From positions 1 to 55,737 of the forward strand of contig JWZX01003112.1 in the NCBI GenBank assembly GCA_001275005.1: a DNA stretch of 55,737 nucleotides. The letters are read 5' to 3'. Source of the DNA: Chrysochromulina tobinii (lineage: Eukaryota). The position numbers and the translations under genes were made by a program. This document shows positions 11,865 through 22,836 of the stretch, one piece after another. The notes below the pieces were generated by a model. It worked only from the letters and a program-made list of their open reading frames with translations. It was not told the DNA's origin and did no database searches. Position 1 is the first letter of the stretch. Every line of letters begins with the position of its first letter.

Positions 11865-12656
11865 TCAAAGCTCGACCGAGTGTTCCCCTCCTTCTCCGTG
11901 CATTTGCTGGACGCCGCCTCCGCGCACCGTGGCGCGCGTGATGGTGATGCGCTGCTTCGGCATCACGAAGATGCCTTCCTTGCGCGTCTCGACCTGTTCG
12001 AGGGCGGCCAACACCTCGTCGCCCTCCATCACCTTGCCAAACACGGTGTACTCATTGTCCAGGTGCGCCGCCCGCCCGAGCAGCATCGAGAACGAGGAGC
12101 CGCCGCTGTTGGGATCCTCTGTGCGCCCCATCGAGAGGATGCCGCGCACATGCCGGATCGATGTGAATTCCGCAGGCACGGTCTTCATCGCCTCGGTCGA
12201 GCACTCTTGCGAGAGCGTCTTGGTGACTGCTCCGGCATAGATCGACTGAATTTGCGCCACGAAGCCCTTGTCGACCCGAAAGATGTGGTCGGTGTCATAG
12301 CATCCCAGCCGGAAGAGCTTGGAGATGTGCGCCACCGTCACTGGAGCGGCATTGGGAAAGAATGCGAGCACGACCTTCCCGAAGCCTTCGATTTCGAGAG
12401 TAATGCGCTCATCGCCCAATTCCAGCAGCTTTGGGTCGACCGGCTTTGGGCACGAGTTGCACGCCACCGGGCAGCCCGTGTGCATGAACCCAGGGTTTTT
12501 GGAACACTCGCCAGACGTCGCCCAGTTTTTGCAGTTGTCATGCTCGTCAACGCAAGCCTCGTCGCACGCGGCGGTTGTGAGCACGGCGAAGAGGAGAGCG
12601 TACGCAAGACGTTGCGTGGGAGCCCGACGACCGACGACGGGAAAGCGGTCGCGCAT
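11865..12656 (-). CDS. Cyclophilin-type peptidyl-prolyl isomerase with signal/TM segment and ShK domain
   Basis: ShK motif CVDEHDNCKNWATSGECSKNPGFMHTGCPVAC. Cyclophilin motifs IFRVDKGFVAQ, LSMGR..PNSGGSSF and HLDNEYTVFGKV. Confidence 0.92.
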   Translation of the reverse strand: MRDRFPVVGRRAPTQRLAYALLFAVLTTAACDEACVDEHDNCKNWATSGECSKNPGFMHTGCPVACNSCPKPVDPKLLELGDERITLEIEGFGKVVLAFFPNAAPVTVAHISKLFRLGCYDTDHIFRVDKGFVAQIQSIYAGAVTKTLSQECSTEAMKTVPAEFTSIRHVRGILSMGRTEDPNSGGSSFSMLLGRAAHLDNEYTVFGKVMEGDEVLAALEQVETRKEGIFVMPKQRITITRATVRGGGVQQMHGEGGEHSVEL

Positions 12657-12849
12657 GTGGCTGCCTCTTTCGCCGACGGTCGGAGTCCGACTGACTCGCC
12701 ACGACTTGTGGAAGCCTCCAAACTTCTTGCGATGTGAATGCTGAAGCGGGAACAAGGCCAAGACGAGCTGTTTATGGTCTGAAGTCCGGAAAAAATTTCG
12801 CATCAAATTAGGCATTTAGACAATGGAGCAACTGTGCGTAATCACGTGA

Positions 12850-14091
12850 ATGCTCCTGGCCCTTGTCCTCACCATCGCTTATGGTCAGCATGAGGAGGAG
12901 GCTCAAACGCTGGAGCCGTATAAACTCTACTCCAACTTCGACATATCCCACTTGATACGGCCAGGGATGAGTTGGTACGAGCTGTTGGATATTCGTCAGC
13001 AGCTCCGGCGGCCGACCCTCTCATTCTATGTGGACAAGAGGCAGTACAAGGCTCGAATGACGGAGCTCGGCATCGACATTCCGCAGATATATCACGTCCA
13101 GAATGCGGACCCCGCTGCGGACGAGGCTACCTTCGAGAGCATCACGCAGAGCCTCGAGAACCTTCTCGCCGTGCAGAAGGACTACGTGGCCAAGCCGACG
13201 CATTTATCGTGCTCCGACCAAGTCTATGTGGTTAAAAATGGGTTGAACATCTACTCGAAGCTACACGCGCCCGTGCAGCCGCGCCTTGTCGCCGCCAACA
13301 TGACGATGGCGCTTCGCACACGCAGCAGTGTGTGGGGAGAGAGCTGGGCCTTGCACCACGTGCCTCCGGGCATCCTGATTGAGGAGCGCATCTCCGCAGG
13401 GGGCGACGACGACACCGCTGCCCTCGAGTTCAAGACGATCGTGATCTGGGGCCGCGTGTGGGCCTCCGAGGTCAAGCGAGGGACGGACACCCTGCAGATC
13501 TTGGGGCGAGATGGGCGTGGTTTGCAGGGCGAGGGGCAGCACCCCGACCTCGCTCAGGTGGAGTGGGCACGCGTGAGGTCTCTCGCCGAGCGGCTGGCCG
13601 TCCACACGGACTGCTTTCGTGTCGACATCTTTGTCGCCGAGGCGCTCGCCTCTCGCCGCTCGGGCCTCACGGCCATTGACGAAACACGCGCAGAGGAGGA
13701 GGAGGAGGAGGAGGAGGAGGAGGAGGAGGAGGAGAAAGAGGAGCAGCAGCACCAGCACCACCAGCACCACCAGCACCACCAGCAGCAACCTGAGCGTGCG
13801 CGCATCTCGAGGTATCTCGTGAGCGAGGTCGAGATCTTCATGACGCAAAGCCTGCCGCTGTTCAAGCAGGCCGCGGCGCTCTGGCTAGAGGGATACAGCC
13901 GACGCATCGAGCTCATCCCAAATGGGGATATTCGCGGACCTTATGCGAGCATGCAAGACCCGGAGCGCGAGCAAGAGCGCTCCCACTTTGCCACGCTGCG
14001 CGACCGCGAAGCCGAAGGGCTCGGCTGGGCGAACACGCTCGGCAGTGCTCGCACGTACGGCTCACTTGAGCCCTCCTTCAAACACCTGTAG
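12850..14091 (+). CDS. Secreted TupA-like ATP-grasp protein
   Basis: Signal peptide followed by VDKRQYK, YVAKPTHLS, ILIEE, EFK, FRVDIF and VSEV, in ATP-grasp motif order. Contains a poly-E/QH insert. Confidence 0.65.
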   Translation: MLLALVLTIAYGQHEEEAQTLEPYKLYSNFDISHLIRPGMSWYELLDIRQQLRRPTLSFYVDKRQYKARMTELGIDIPQIYHVQNADPAADEATFESITQSLENLLAVQKDYVAKPTHLSCSDQVYVVKNGLNIYSKLHAPVQPRLVAANMTMALRTRSSVWGESWALHHVPPGILIEERISAGGDDDTAALEFKTIVIWGRVWASEVKRGTDTLQILGRDGRGLQGEGQHPDLAQVEWARVRSLAERLAVHTDCFRVDIFVAEALASRRSGLTAIDETRAEEEEEEEEEEEEEEKEEQQHQHHQHHQHHQQQPERARISRYLVSEVEIFMTQSLPLFKQAAALWLEGYSRRIELIPNGDIRGPYASMQDPEREQERSHFATLRDREAEGLGWANTLGSARTYGSLEPSFKHL

Positions 14092-14245
14092 TCATACCAT
14101 TCTCGAGTGACGAGACAAAAGACAAAAGTAAAATGCAGCAAATTCAAAAGGTGCTCATGAACTTTCGCCGAGACGACGCGTGCAAGTTTGTCTCGTGGGG
14201 AGCCCACGTGTGTCGTGATAATGGTCGACGTGAACAGCGGACGCA

Positions 14246-15373
14246 ATGGATGCCACGGAGCGGTGGCGGTCGAGATGCGAGGCTTCCGGTCTCGGCTACC
14301 TGCTGCAGCTGCGCTCACGCCAGTCGCACGAGTTGCCGGCCGCGCTCTTCGACGGCCTCAGCCTTTCTTCGGCTGGGATTGGCCATGAATCATGCGACAG
14401 AGGTGCAGGCAAGGCCATTGATGATTACATCCAGATGGCAAAGGCACTCTCCGACGATGTATTCGCTCCCCTCGCACGTACACGCTGTTCTGGTTGCGGC
14501 CGCTCGCAGCGATGGTACTGCAGCCGCTGTGAGATGTGGATGGACAATGTGCCTGAAGCCCATCGCCAACCGCTCGTGCTCCCCTTCCAAGTGACGGTGA
14601 TTGTCCGTGACGCGATCGAGGACTCGACCGGTATACATGCCGCAGCCCTGGCTACTCCGGTCGTCGTCCGTCACTTCCCGCACGGCCTTCGAAATGACGT
14701 GGCCACGACAGGTAGCGACGAGCCTTGGATCCGATTCGACGCGTCCTCGGTCGTGCTGTACCCGTCCCCAGGCAGCATGACGGTCGCGGAGCTCGTGGAG
14801 GAGCTGTGCCACACGGCCGAGGCCTCGAGGGTTGCTGGGGCTGCCGAAGCCGCCGAGAGTGAGCGAGAGATGCTGAGCCAGCCTCGACCAACGCCTCTGT
14901 GCACGATCATCGTGGTCGATAGCAAATGGCATAACGATGGTGCGGTCCTAGAGCATCCGTCCATCCGCGGTCTTCGTCGCGTTCGGCTGGAGTACCCGCC
15001 GGACACGTCGCGTATCTGGCGCAGCCACGCAAGGGCGACCGCTGGCTGCCTGAGTACGATCGAGGCCCTCTACTGCTTCGCCCGAGAGTTCAGTAGCTGC
15101 TCACGACGGCGCCAAACGGATCTTCCAAATTTGGGACTTCCGGCACCTCCCAATTCGGATACGAGCCTCTCCTGCTGCGGATACGAGCCTCTCCTGCTCC
15201 TCTTTGCGCTCATACACCATCGAATCGCCTCGCAGACGCGGGCGGGCGATCAAGCTCCGTTCGAGCCCGCTCGGAAGGCCGCTGCCTTGGCGCACCGCAA
15301 GCTCTCTGCGGCGAAGGGTTCGCGCGCCGCTCCCATGGCTGCGCAGGCTGAGGTGGCGCAGCCGGCCGTATAG
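14246..15373 (+). CDS. DTW-domain tRNA-uridine aminocarboxypropyltransferase (DTWD1-like)
   Basis: RCSGCGRSQRWYCSRC zinc motif, STGIHA, VVLYPS, VVDSKW and CLSTIEALY. Confidence 0.85.
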   Translation: MDATERWRSRCEASGLGYLLQLRSRQSHELPAALFDGLSLSSAGIGHESCDRGAGKAIDDYIQMAKALSDDVFAPLARTRCSGCGRSQRWYCSRCEMWMDNVPEAHRQPLVLPFQVTVIVRDAIEDSTGIHAAALATPVVVRHFPHGLRNDVATTGSDEPWIRFDASSVVLYPSPGSMTVAELVEELCHTAEASRVAGAAEAAESEREMLSQPRPTPLCTIIVVDSKWHNDGAVLEHPSIRGLRRVRLEYPPDTSRIWRSHARATAGCLSTIEALYCFAREFSSCSRRRQTDLPNLGLPAPPNSDTSLSCCGYEPLLLLFALIHHRIASQTRAGDQAPFEPARKAAALAHRKLSAAKGSRAAPMAAQAEVAQPAV

Positions 15374-15862
15374 GTTGACGTGAGGTTCGTGAGCGGCACC
15401 CGACTTAGTAACGCGACGGTAGCCGGTCCACCTCCTATTTGTAGGTTAGATAAGTTTTCTAAGTTAAGCACTTAACGCGGTTATGAAAGGCAGAGGGAGC
15501 GAGAGACGAGTTCCGAATCCACTAAGTCGATATACAACCGTAGTCGTCGTTGACGAACCGTGATTGACGAGATCCAATCGGGGGGATCCGAAAATCGGAA
15601 ACGAAACCCAATCGGTTCCAGACTCCAATGGTTGCCCTCATGCCGGACGCGTTCGACAGAAAACTCAGGATGCCGATCGCACAGGTCATGCCGATCGCAC
15701 AGGTCACTATGATCGAGCTCCTCCACGCGCTCGACGCCGCGCTGCACGGTGGCGAGCCACTCACTGAGATCGAGTATCGAACAATTAGGATCGCGATACA
15801 AGCGGGCAACAAAAGAACCGAGAGGAGCACACTCCCCGCAATCCAGGCGGCATGCCGTCGCC

Positions 15863-16135
15863 TCTGCAGACCTCAACAATTCCCGTCCGCTGAAAGTGCG
15901 GCGGCCGCCAGCGGCAGCAAGGCGCCCCGATGCACCTTCTGGGTGACTAAGATACAGAAATGTATCGCCGACGAGACAGGAGGTACTGCCACCGCGATTT
16001 GCAGACCTCAACAATTCCCGTCCTCTGCGAGTGCGGCGGCCGCCAACGGCTGCAAGGCGCCCTGGTGCACCTTCTGGTTGACCAAGCTTCGAAAATGCAT
16101 CGCCGACGAGACGGGGGATACTGCCACCGCGATAT
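15863..16135 (+). repeat. Imperfect ~135-bp direct duplication within an unassigned ORF
   Basis: The peptide CRPQQFPS..AAAA.G.KAP.CTFW.TK..KCIADETG.TATAI is encoded twice in tandem. Confidence 0.75.
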
Positions 16136-16543
16136 CGGACGGACGGACTGGCGGCGCCGGTAGCTCATCCGCCCCCCCCAAGGCGTGCTCGCAAGAGGAA
16201 GTCGCAGCACTCGATGGGCTCATCTCACTCGGCGAGAGGGGTAGTAATGTCCCTCGCACTCGATGACGTATGTGTGCAGGTATGCAGGTCTTACGCCACG
16301 CGCCTAGAACGGCTAACCGCCCACCGCCCCACCAGGAGGTGTTTCGCCGGCTAATCAAGATAGACGAACAACGACTCAGGCATAATAAAGTATATGTTAC
16401 GTTATCGCGATAGTGAAACTCAAACTGCCGACTCCCCCGTCCAGCCCCAGGCGCGCCTCGTGCGCGCGAAACGACATGACACATGTAACATCGAACACGG
16501 AAAAGTGCGGTCCACGGCTCCACGCGGGAATAACCGTCGCGTC

Positions 16544-19500
16544 TCAAGCATGGAATATGGAAAACCGTTGTCGGGGTTGCGCTCCGTCTACGCTGCTCGC
16601 CGTCGAGGGCGCCGTCGCGGGCGCCGTCGCCTGCTCGCCCTGCTGCACGCCTCTCAAGGACTGCCGGTGGCGCAGACCCTGAAGGACCTCCTCGCGCGGC
16701 ACCCCCGCGGCGATCAACTCAACCGCGTCGGGGTGGCTCGCAAGCAGTTGGTCATCGAGCGCCGTACCGAGCACTCCGTTCACGGCTTCACCGAAGGCCG
16801 ACGGCGGCGGCCGCCGCTTCTGCTTGGGCCTCTCGCTGCCGTCCTCATCGGCGACGCGCGCCGAGCGAGGCTGTCCCGGCGGGTCAGAGCGGAAGCTCAC
16901 GACGGGCGTTCGTTTGGAGGCGGCGTCGGTGCCCATGGCCGCCACGAGCGCCTTGCCCCTGGTCTCGTTGCCGCTTTGGCCAGTGCCGCTTTGGACGGTG
17001 ACGCGGCGCGGGATGGCGCCGCCCGCAATAGAGCCATCCGAGTTGGCGTCAGCGATGATGCGAAGCTTGCGGACGGCACGGCCAGCACCCTCCTTCCACA
17101 ACTTGGCCGCGGCCATGCCCTCCGTACAATCGACGTCGTCGACTGCGAGGATGAGGTCGCCCGCGTGCAATCCCGCCTTGGACGCCGGCGAGTTAGGCTC
17201 CACAGCAGTCACCTTGTTGAATTCGTTCACGGTCAAGCCGACCATTTCGTTCGGTTTCAGTTGCAGCGTGAGGCTCTTCTCGAGCCCTACGCACGTATTG
17301 GACCGTTGGAACATGCTGGCGCGTGAGCCCGATTTGGGCAGCCAGGGACGCACCCTGTCCGCGTGGACTTGGAATTGGGAGCCCGCCCCCAATAATTGGA
17401 CGACGTACATGTTCGTGGCGGGATCGAAGGCGTCGACGACGGCGCGCTTCTCGTCGCCGCCACTGCGCGTCACCAGGACGGTGCTGCCTACCTGCGGCCC
17501 TGCGGGGCGCACCTTGTCAGCGGTTGCGGACACGAGGATCCCCGTGCCCTCGAGAAGAATGTTGTAGCGATTGGTCACCTTGTCAAAGTCTTGGACGATG
17601 CCGCGCTTCTCGTCGCCATTGCTGCGCGTCACGATGATCGTTGCCTGGGTGGCCGGGCGCATCTCCCTGTCCCTGCACTGCTTAAGCTTCCCGGAGCCGA
17701 TCCTATCGAGATCCACCATGTAGTAGTTCTTGGACGCATCGTACTGCGTCACAAAGGCGATGCACTCGTCCCCGCTGCTGCGCTTCACGTACACCCTGTC
17801 GCCGACCTTGTATGCCGGCCCGGGCGCACGCGGCGGCGCCAGAGTCCTCGGCTCATCGGGATTGGAACTTGGCTGGCGCGACGAGGTCGGCCCGAAGAGG
17901 TTCCTTGTAGACCCTCCGAAGAAGTTCACGCGGCTCATGCCCAAATTAGGCAGTCGAGGAGTGCCGCGCGAGCTCTCGCCGCCAGATCGCGATCTCATCG
18001 AGGCGCGAGATCGGAGCTGGCCGATGAGGGCCGCGCGCTGCGCGCGTAGCCGCGCGGCCGTCGCCTCGAGCGACTTTTGGTTCCGGCGCTGCTCGCGGCG
18101 CACGAGGATCTGCACGAGCACGATGAAGGTGGCCGAGGCGATGAAGGGGATGGCAGTGATGAAGAGCAAGCGCAGCCATCCGGACGTGTTTCGGCTTTGG
18201 ATGCAGAGCGGTTCTCCATTAGCGAGAGGCTCGTAGGCGCCCTCGCAGGTCGGGTACCTGATGAGGGAGGTCATCATGGACAATCAGGGTCACTCAGGGT
18301 GGATCGGGTACCTGATGAGGGAGGTCATCAACGGCAATCAGGGTCACTCAGGGAGGATCGGGTACCTGATGAGGGAGGTCATCAACGGTAATCAGGGTCA
18401 CTCAGGGAGGATCGGGTACCTGATGAGGGAGGTCATCATGGACAATCAGGGTCACTCAGGGTGGATCGGGTACCTGATGAGGGAGGTGATCATGAAGGCA
18501 ATCGGTCGCAATCCTCCTGATGAGGAAGGCAATCGGTCGCAATCCTCCTGATGAGGAAGGCAATCGGTCGCAATCCTCCTGATGAGGAAGGCAATCGGTC
18601 GCAATCCTCAGCGGCAATTGCGTACAGAAAGTTGAGCCCTTCGAGGTCGTCGACCGAGAGGCACGTGCGAACACGGTGAAGCGACCTCGAAAACATGATG
18701 GATTCGGTGACGACCTCCACCGTCGTCGCGGCCAACCGCACGTGGTCGAGCGGATAGGAACAAGTCGTTGCGTTCATCCTCTGATTGGCCTTTAGGTTGT
18801 GTCGAGACTCCACGTCGGGGTGGTGGAAGCCAAGCACGTGGCCCACCTCGTGTGCGATCGCGGACTCGAAGCCGTGGCATTCCCAACAAGGTGTGAAGAT
18901 GCGGTAATAGAACATCGGTGCGAAGATGATGAAGAAGATCGCCAAGAGCAGTGGGATTGTGGGCATGACGGACACGTACTCCATCACCGCCGTGCACCGA
19001 CGGCTGCCGCACGTCAGATGCTCCTCGCTGCCGTGAGAGTTGACCGCCATCGACGAGCCTCCTTGGTTCAGCCCGGACAGGAGGTTCCGGAACGTCTTCG
19101 AGAGTTCCAAGTTCTTCGACGGGGATCCGGCCGCCGTTGCGAGCCTGGCGGGCTTCATCGTGAACATCAGATTGCTCGACGGGCCGGCGGGTGGCGACGG
19201 CGGCGGCGAGATCGAGATCGAGCTCAGAGGGCTGCTCGAGCCGGCAGGTGGCGATGGCGGCGGCGAGGCAGCGCGCGCCGGCTCGTGCTGCGCCTTCCTC
19301 TCCCTCATCGACGTTCGCGAAGCAGCATCGAGCTCGCCAATCTCGGACTCGTCCGTCCCTTTCGGGAGGCAGCACGCGGCGGTAAGGCTCATAAGCCCGA
19401 GGTAGAGCACGTAGAGCACGGCCAAGCAGAAGAGCACGCCGCACACGATCCGCGCGATCAGCACCACGTCCACGTCCTCGCCCTGCCACATGTGGAAGTA

Positions 19501-20211
19501 CCAGCAAAAGGTCGAATCAAGATACCAGCAGAGCTCTCCTGCCGACGCGGGCGCGCGCACGTGGATGACTGCGCCGCTGATCTCGAAGCCCACGGCCATG
19601 CGCTCCCCGGCCGTAGTATACACGCGCCCGGCTCGGTGGGACGTCACCGCCAGCGCCGCCTGGTTGGAGTTTGTGCTCGTGCCAGGTGCGCCCTCAATAC
19701 TGGCGACGATAAAGATCTCGGCGTACGCGCAGCCGCTCGTCGTGTTCACGTCGGCGCACTGGTCGCTGACATCGCGAAAGTAGATGGTGCGGTGGTTCAC
19801 CGCCCACGTGTCGAGCGCGCGCTTGATCACGTCCCGCAACTCCTCGCACGTCAGGAAAGTGGTCTCCTGCGCGTTTCCCGTCGGATTCTCCTCGGGGAAG
19901 AGGTGCAGCATTCTGCGGCACAGGTCACGATGAATGGCGAAGGTGATCCCCCCTGACAGCCCGTTGGTTGTTGGCGCATATGCTGCAGGTTCGTTCACGC
20001 CCGCGTTTGAGACTGAGCCTGTGGTCGCAGGAGGCGTATGGCCCCAACGAATCGCCACAGTATCCAGGCGAAAGCTGGAAGGGCCCCTCCACTGCGCGTT
20101 GGCACTATTGTAATACCCCGGGTTGTCGGCAGTGCTGTACCGCGCAGATGGCGAAGTGATCACCCATCCTGAGCACTGTAGCACCGCAAGAAGAAGAGGA
20201 CCGCCCAGCAT
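16544..20211 (-). CDS. Membrane metzincin (matrixin-like) metalloprotease with cytoplasmic SH3/Tudor-like repeats and a PDZ domain
   Basis: Signal peptide, HEVGHVLGFHH zinc motif, SIM Met-turn and DDLEGLNFL|YP across intron 18258-18625. Three hydrophobic helices, three V.RS.GDE repeats and a PDZ motif (VTAVEPNSPASKAGLHAGDLILAVD). Confidence 0.8.
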
Positions 20212-20414
20212 GTTTGTAGCGATGGAATTGGGTGAATGTACCGGGTGTAAGTTGGCCTGCGGAATTCGGTCTGCAAAGGAGCAAAACGTACGTAAGATAC
20301 TCGACCCCTGAGCTGGATCCAAACCCGCATGTTAGGGCTCATTGATTGACGGAATGCATTTCGCGAATGCGGAACGGACGCAGCGATTAGCAGCGAGCGC
20401 AAACAGAAAATCGG

Positions 20415-22803
20415 ATGGCTTACATCGATGCGAGCGGTCTGCCGGACCCATTGCCCTTCCGCGTGGCGGGCGTCGGCTCTCTTCCAGGCTCGCCGCGGCA
20501 CGGCAAGGCTGCACCACCACCGACGGCATCGCCACGCTCGACGCGCTACGTGTGGAACCGGAGCGGCATGTGGGTCGAGGAGGAGCCCGCCCTAATGGGC
20601 GGCCACAAGATGCCGACCGCGCCCAAGTCGGGCAGCACGGTGCGCCGCGGAAGCCACCGCGCGCACATGCTGTCGCGCTCCGATCCAGCGGCCGCACCAC
20701 TGCCCAAGGAAAGCAGCAGCCTGCCGCCCATCTCGGGCATGCTCGAGGGAGGCGCGACAACGGAGACCGAGCTATGGACGGAGGTGGTGCTGCCCGCGGT
20801 GACGTGGCTGTACGGCTGGGTCGAGTGGCAGGTGGACTCGAGGCACCATAGGATGCCCTCGATCGTCGAGCGTGAGCACCGTACCGCCTTCAGCCTCGCG
20901 ACCGAGCGTGTCGCCGATGCGATCCGCGCGACGCCCGACCGGCTCGCCGCATGCATTTGGCGAGCGATGGTGGCGCTGCTGAGCCACTTTGTGGAGCGGG
21001 TGTACCCGGTCTTTGGCGCCTTCGAGCGGATGCAGCTCGAGCTGCAGCACACGCGCTCCCGGCTCGATGAACTCCTCGCCGCCCGCGGAGTCGCGGTGGA
21101 CGCATTCGACCAAAGTAGGAAGAACGACCCTCCAAACACGGCGGCGGAGGCGGCGGCAGACGAGGCGGCAGCAGCGCGCGCGTCCCTGCAAACCCCCGAC
21201 GGACCGCGCGCCGCGAACGTCAGCGGCGGCGTCGCCGTCTCGACCCTCATCGGGGCGCCCGACGCGTCGTACCGGGCGTCTGACAGTGGGCGAAACCGCC
21301 GGTTGAGCAGCCACGAGTTCCACAGCGACGCCGAGCTCCGTGCGGCGCATGCGGAGATCGACGAGCTCAAGCAGAAGCTGCTTGGGGCACAGCGCGACCT
21401 CCTCATCGAACGCAACCAGAAGGCGTATGCCGAGCAGAGGCTGTCGAAGCAGAAGGCAGTACAGTTCGCCGAGGGCGGCGGTCTGAGCACCAGCAGCGCG
21501 CCTGGGGCACCGCCTGGGCTGCATCGTCAGAATACGCTCCGGCTAATCGAGGACGATGTGGTGGAGCGGCTCGAGGCTGAGCTTGACGAGGAGCGCAAGC
21601 AGCGACGGGTCCTCGAGAAGCTCAAGAAGCACCTCGCCGCGCAGATGGGCGACGCGTACATGCAGCGGCTGCTCATGACGCTCGGAGCGGAGGATGGCGC
21701 CGTCGCGGGCGCCGATGAGGAGGGCGCTGGCGCCGACGCGCGCGCCGACGTGGGCACCCAGGTGGACGAGGTCGAGATTGAATCTGGAGGTGCGGTGCTC
21801 GAGATCGAATCTGGAGGTGCGGAGGGCGAGGAGGAGGGCGACGACGAGGGCGTCGAGGGCGAGGAGGAGAGATTCGATCTCGATCTCGGCACCTCCAGAT
21901 TCGATCTCGAGGGCGAGGAGGCGAGCAGCGGCGGCGGAGCGGAGCGCCGTGGTGGGCGCAAGGGACGTTACCGGTCAGATGTGCGCAGCTACAATCCGAA
22001 AGGTCAGAAGAAGGCTCTGTCTCTGGGCAGCGGCGGCGAAGGTGTTCTTCGGCTGCAAGGGGCTGTGGTGCACTCGACGATCCGCATCATGTACGACGCG
22101 AAGCTCAAGCGGGATGCCGTCGACGAGCTCGAGCATCGGACCAAGGTGGAGCTCGGCGCCTTCGTGCTTGATTGGTACTCCCAGCGCCACGGGATCCATC
22201 AGATAGCGAGCAAGCACCTGCAGCAGTTCCGAGAGGGCGTGAAGAGTTCCACCGTCGCCGGCTCACGCCGCACCTTCCTCTTCGGCGCCTTCGCGGGCTA
22301 CTTCCCTTTTTTGGGCGACACGTCACTCACGATGCGCGAGCCGACGACGCTCCAGGTGAGGCAGCGTTGATTGCCTCTGATGACCGACCTTGCATGCATG
22401 TGCTCACCACAGCGCTCTCGACCTGCTCCGGCGACGCTCCAGTTCTTTTTGGACTTTGAGCGCAAGGCGGTGCGCGCGGCGGGCGGCGACGAGCGCACGT
22501 CGGAGGACAGCTCGATTTGGCTACCAATCGACCGCGCCGTCGAGCTGATGCGCAACGAGTTCCGTAACGCGCGCGCGCCCGACATCGCGAAGGCGACGCT
22601 CGAGATCGAGGATCTCGTGCGCCTGCCGAACGAGATTATCGAGTACTCGAAACGGTTCAGTTCCATGATGGCCGCCGGTGAGTCGAGCGCCAAGGCTGGC
22701 GCCGCGGGCGTCGCTGCCGCCAAGGCCGACGTGTCCGCCCGACTCAGTGGATGTACGGTCGCTGCGCCCTCCTCCGCCGCCTCCGCCGCCCGCTCCTCCG
22801 CCG

Positions 22804-22836
<33 letters not shown>

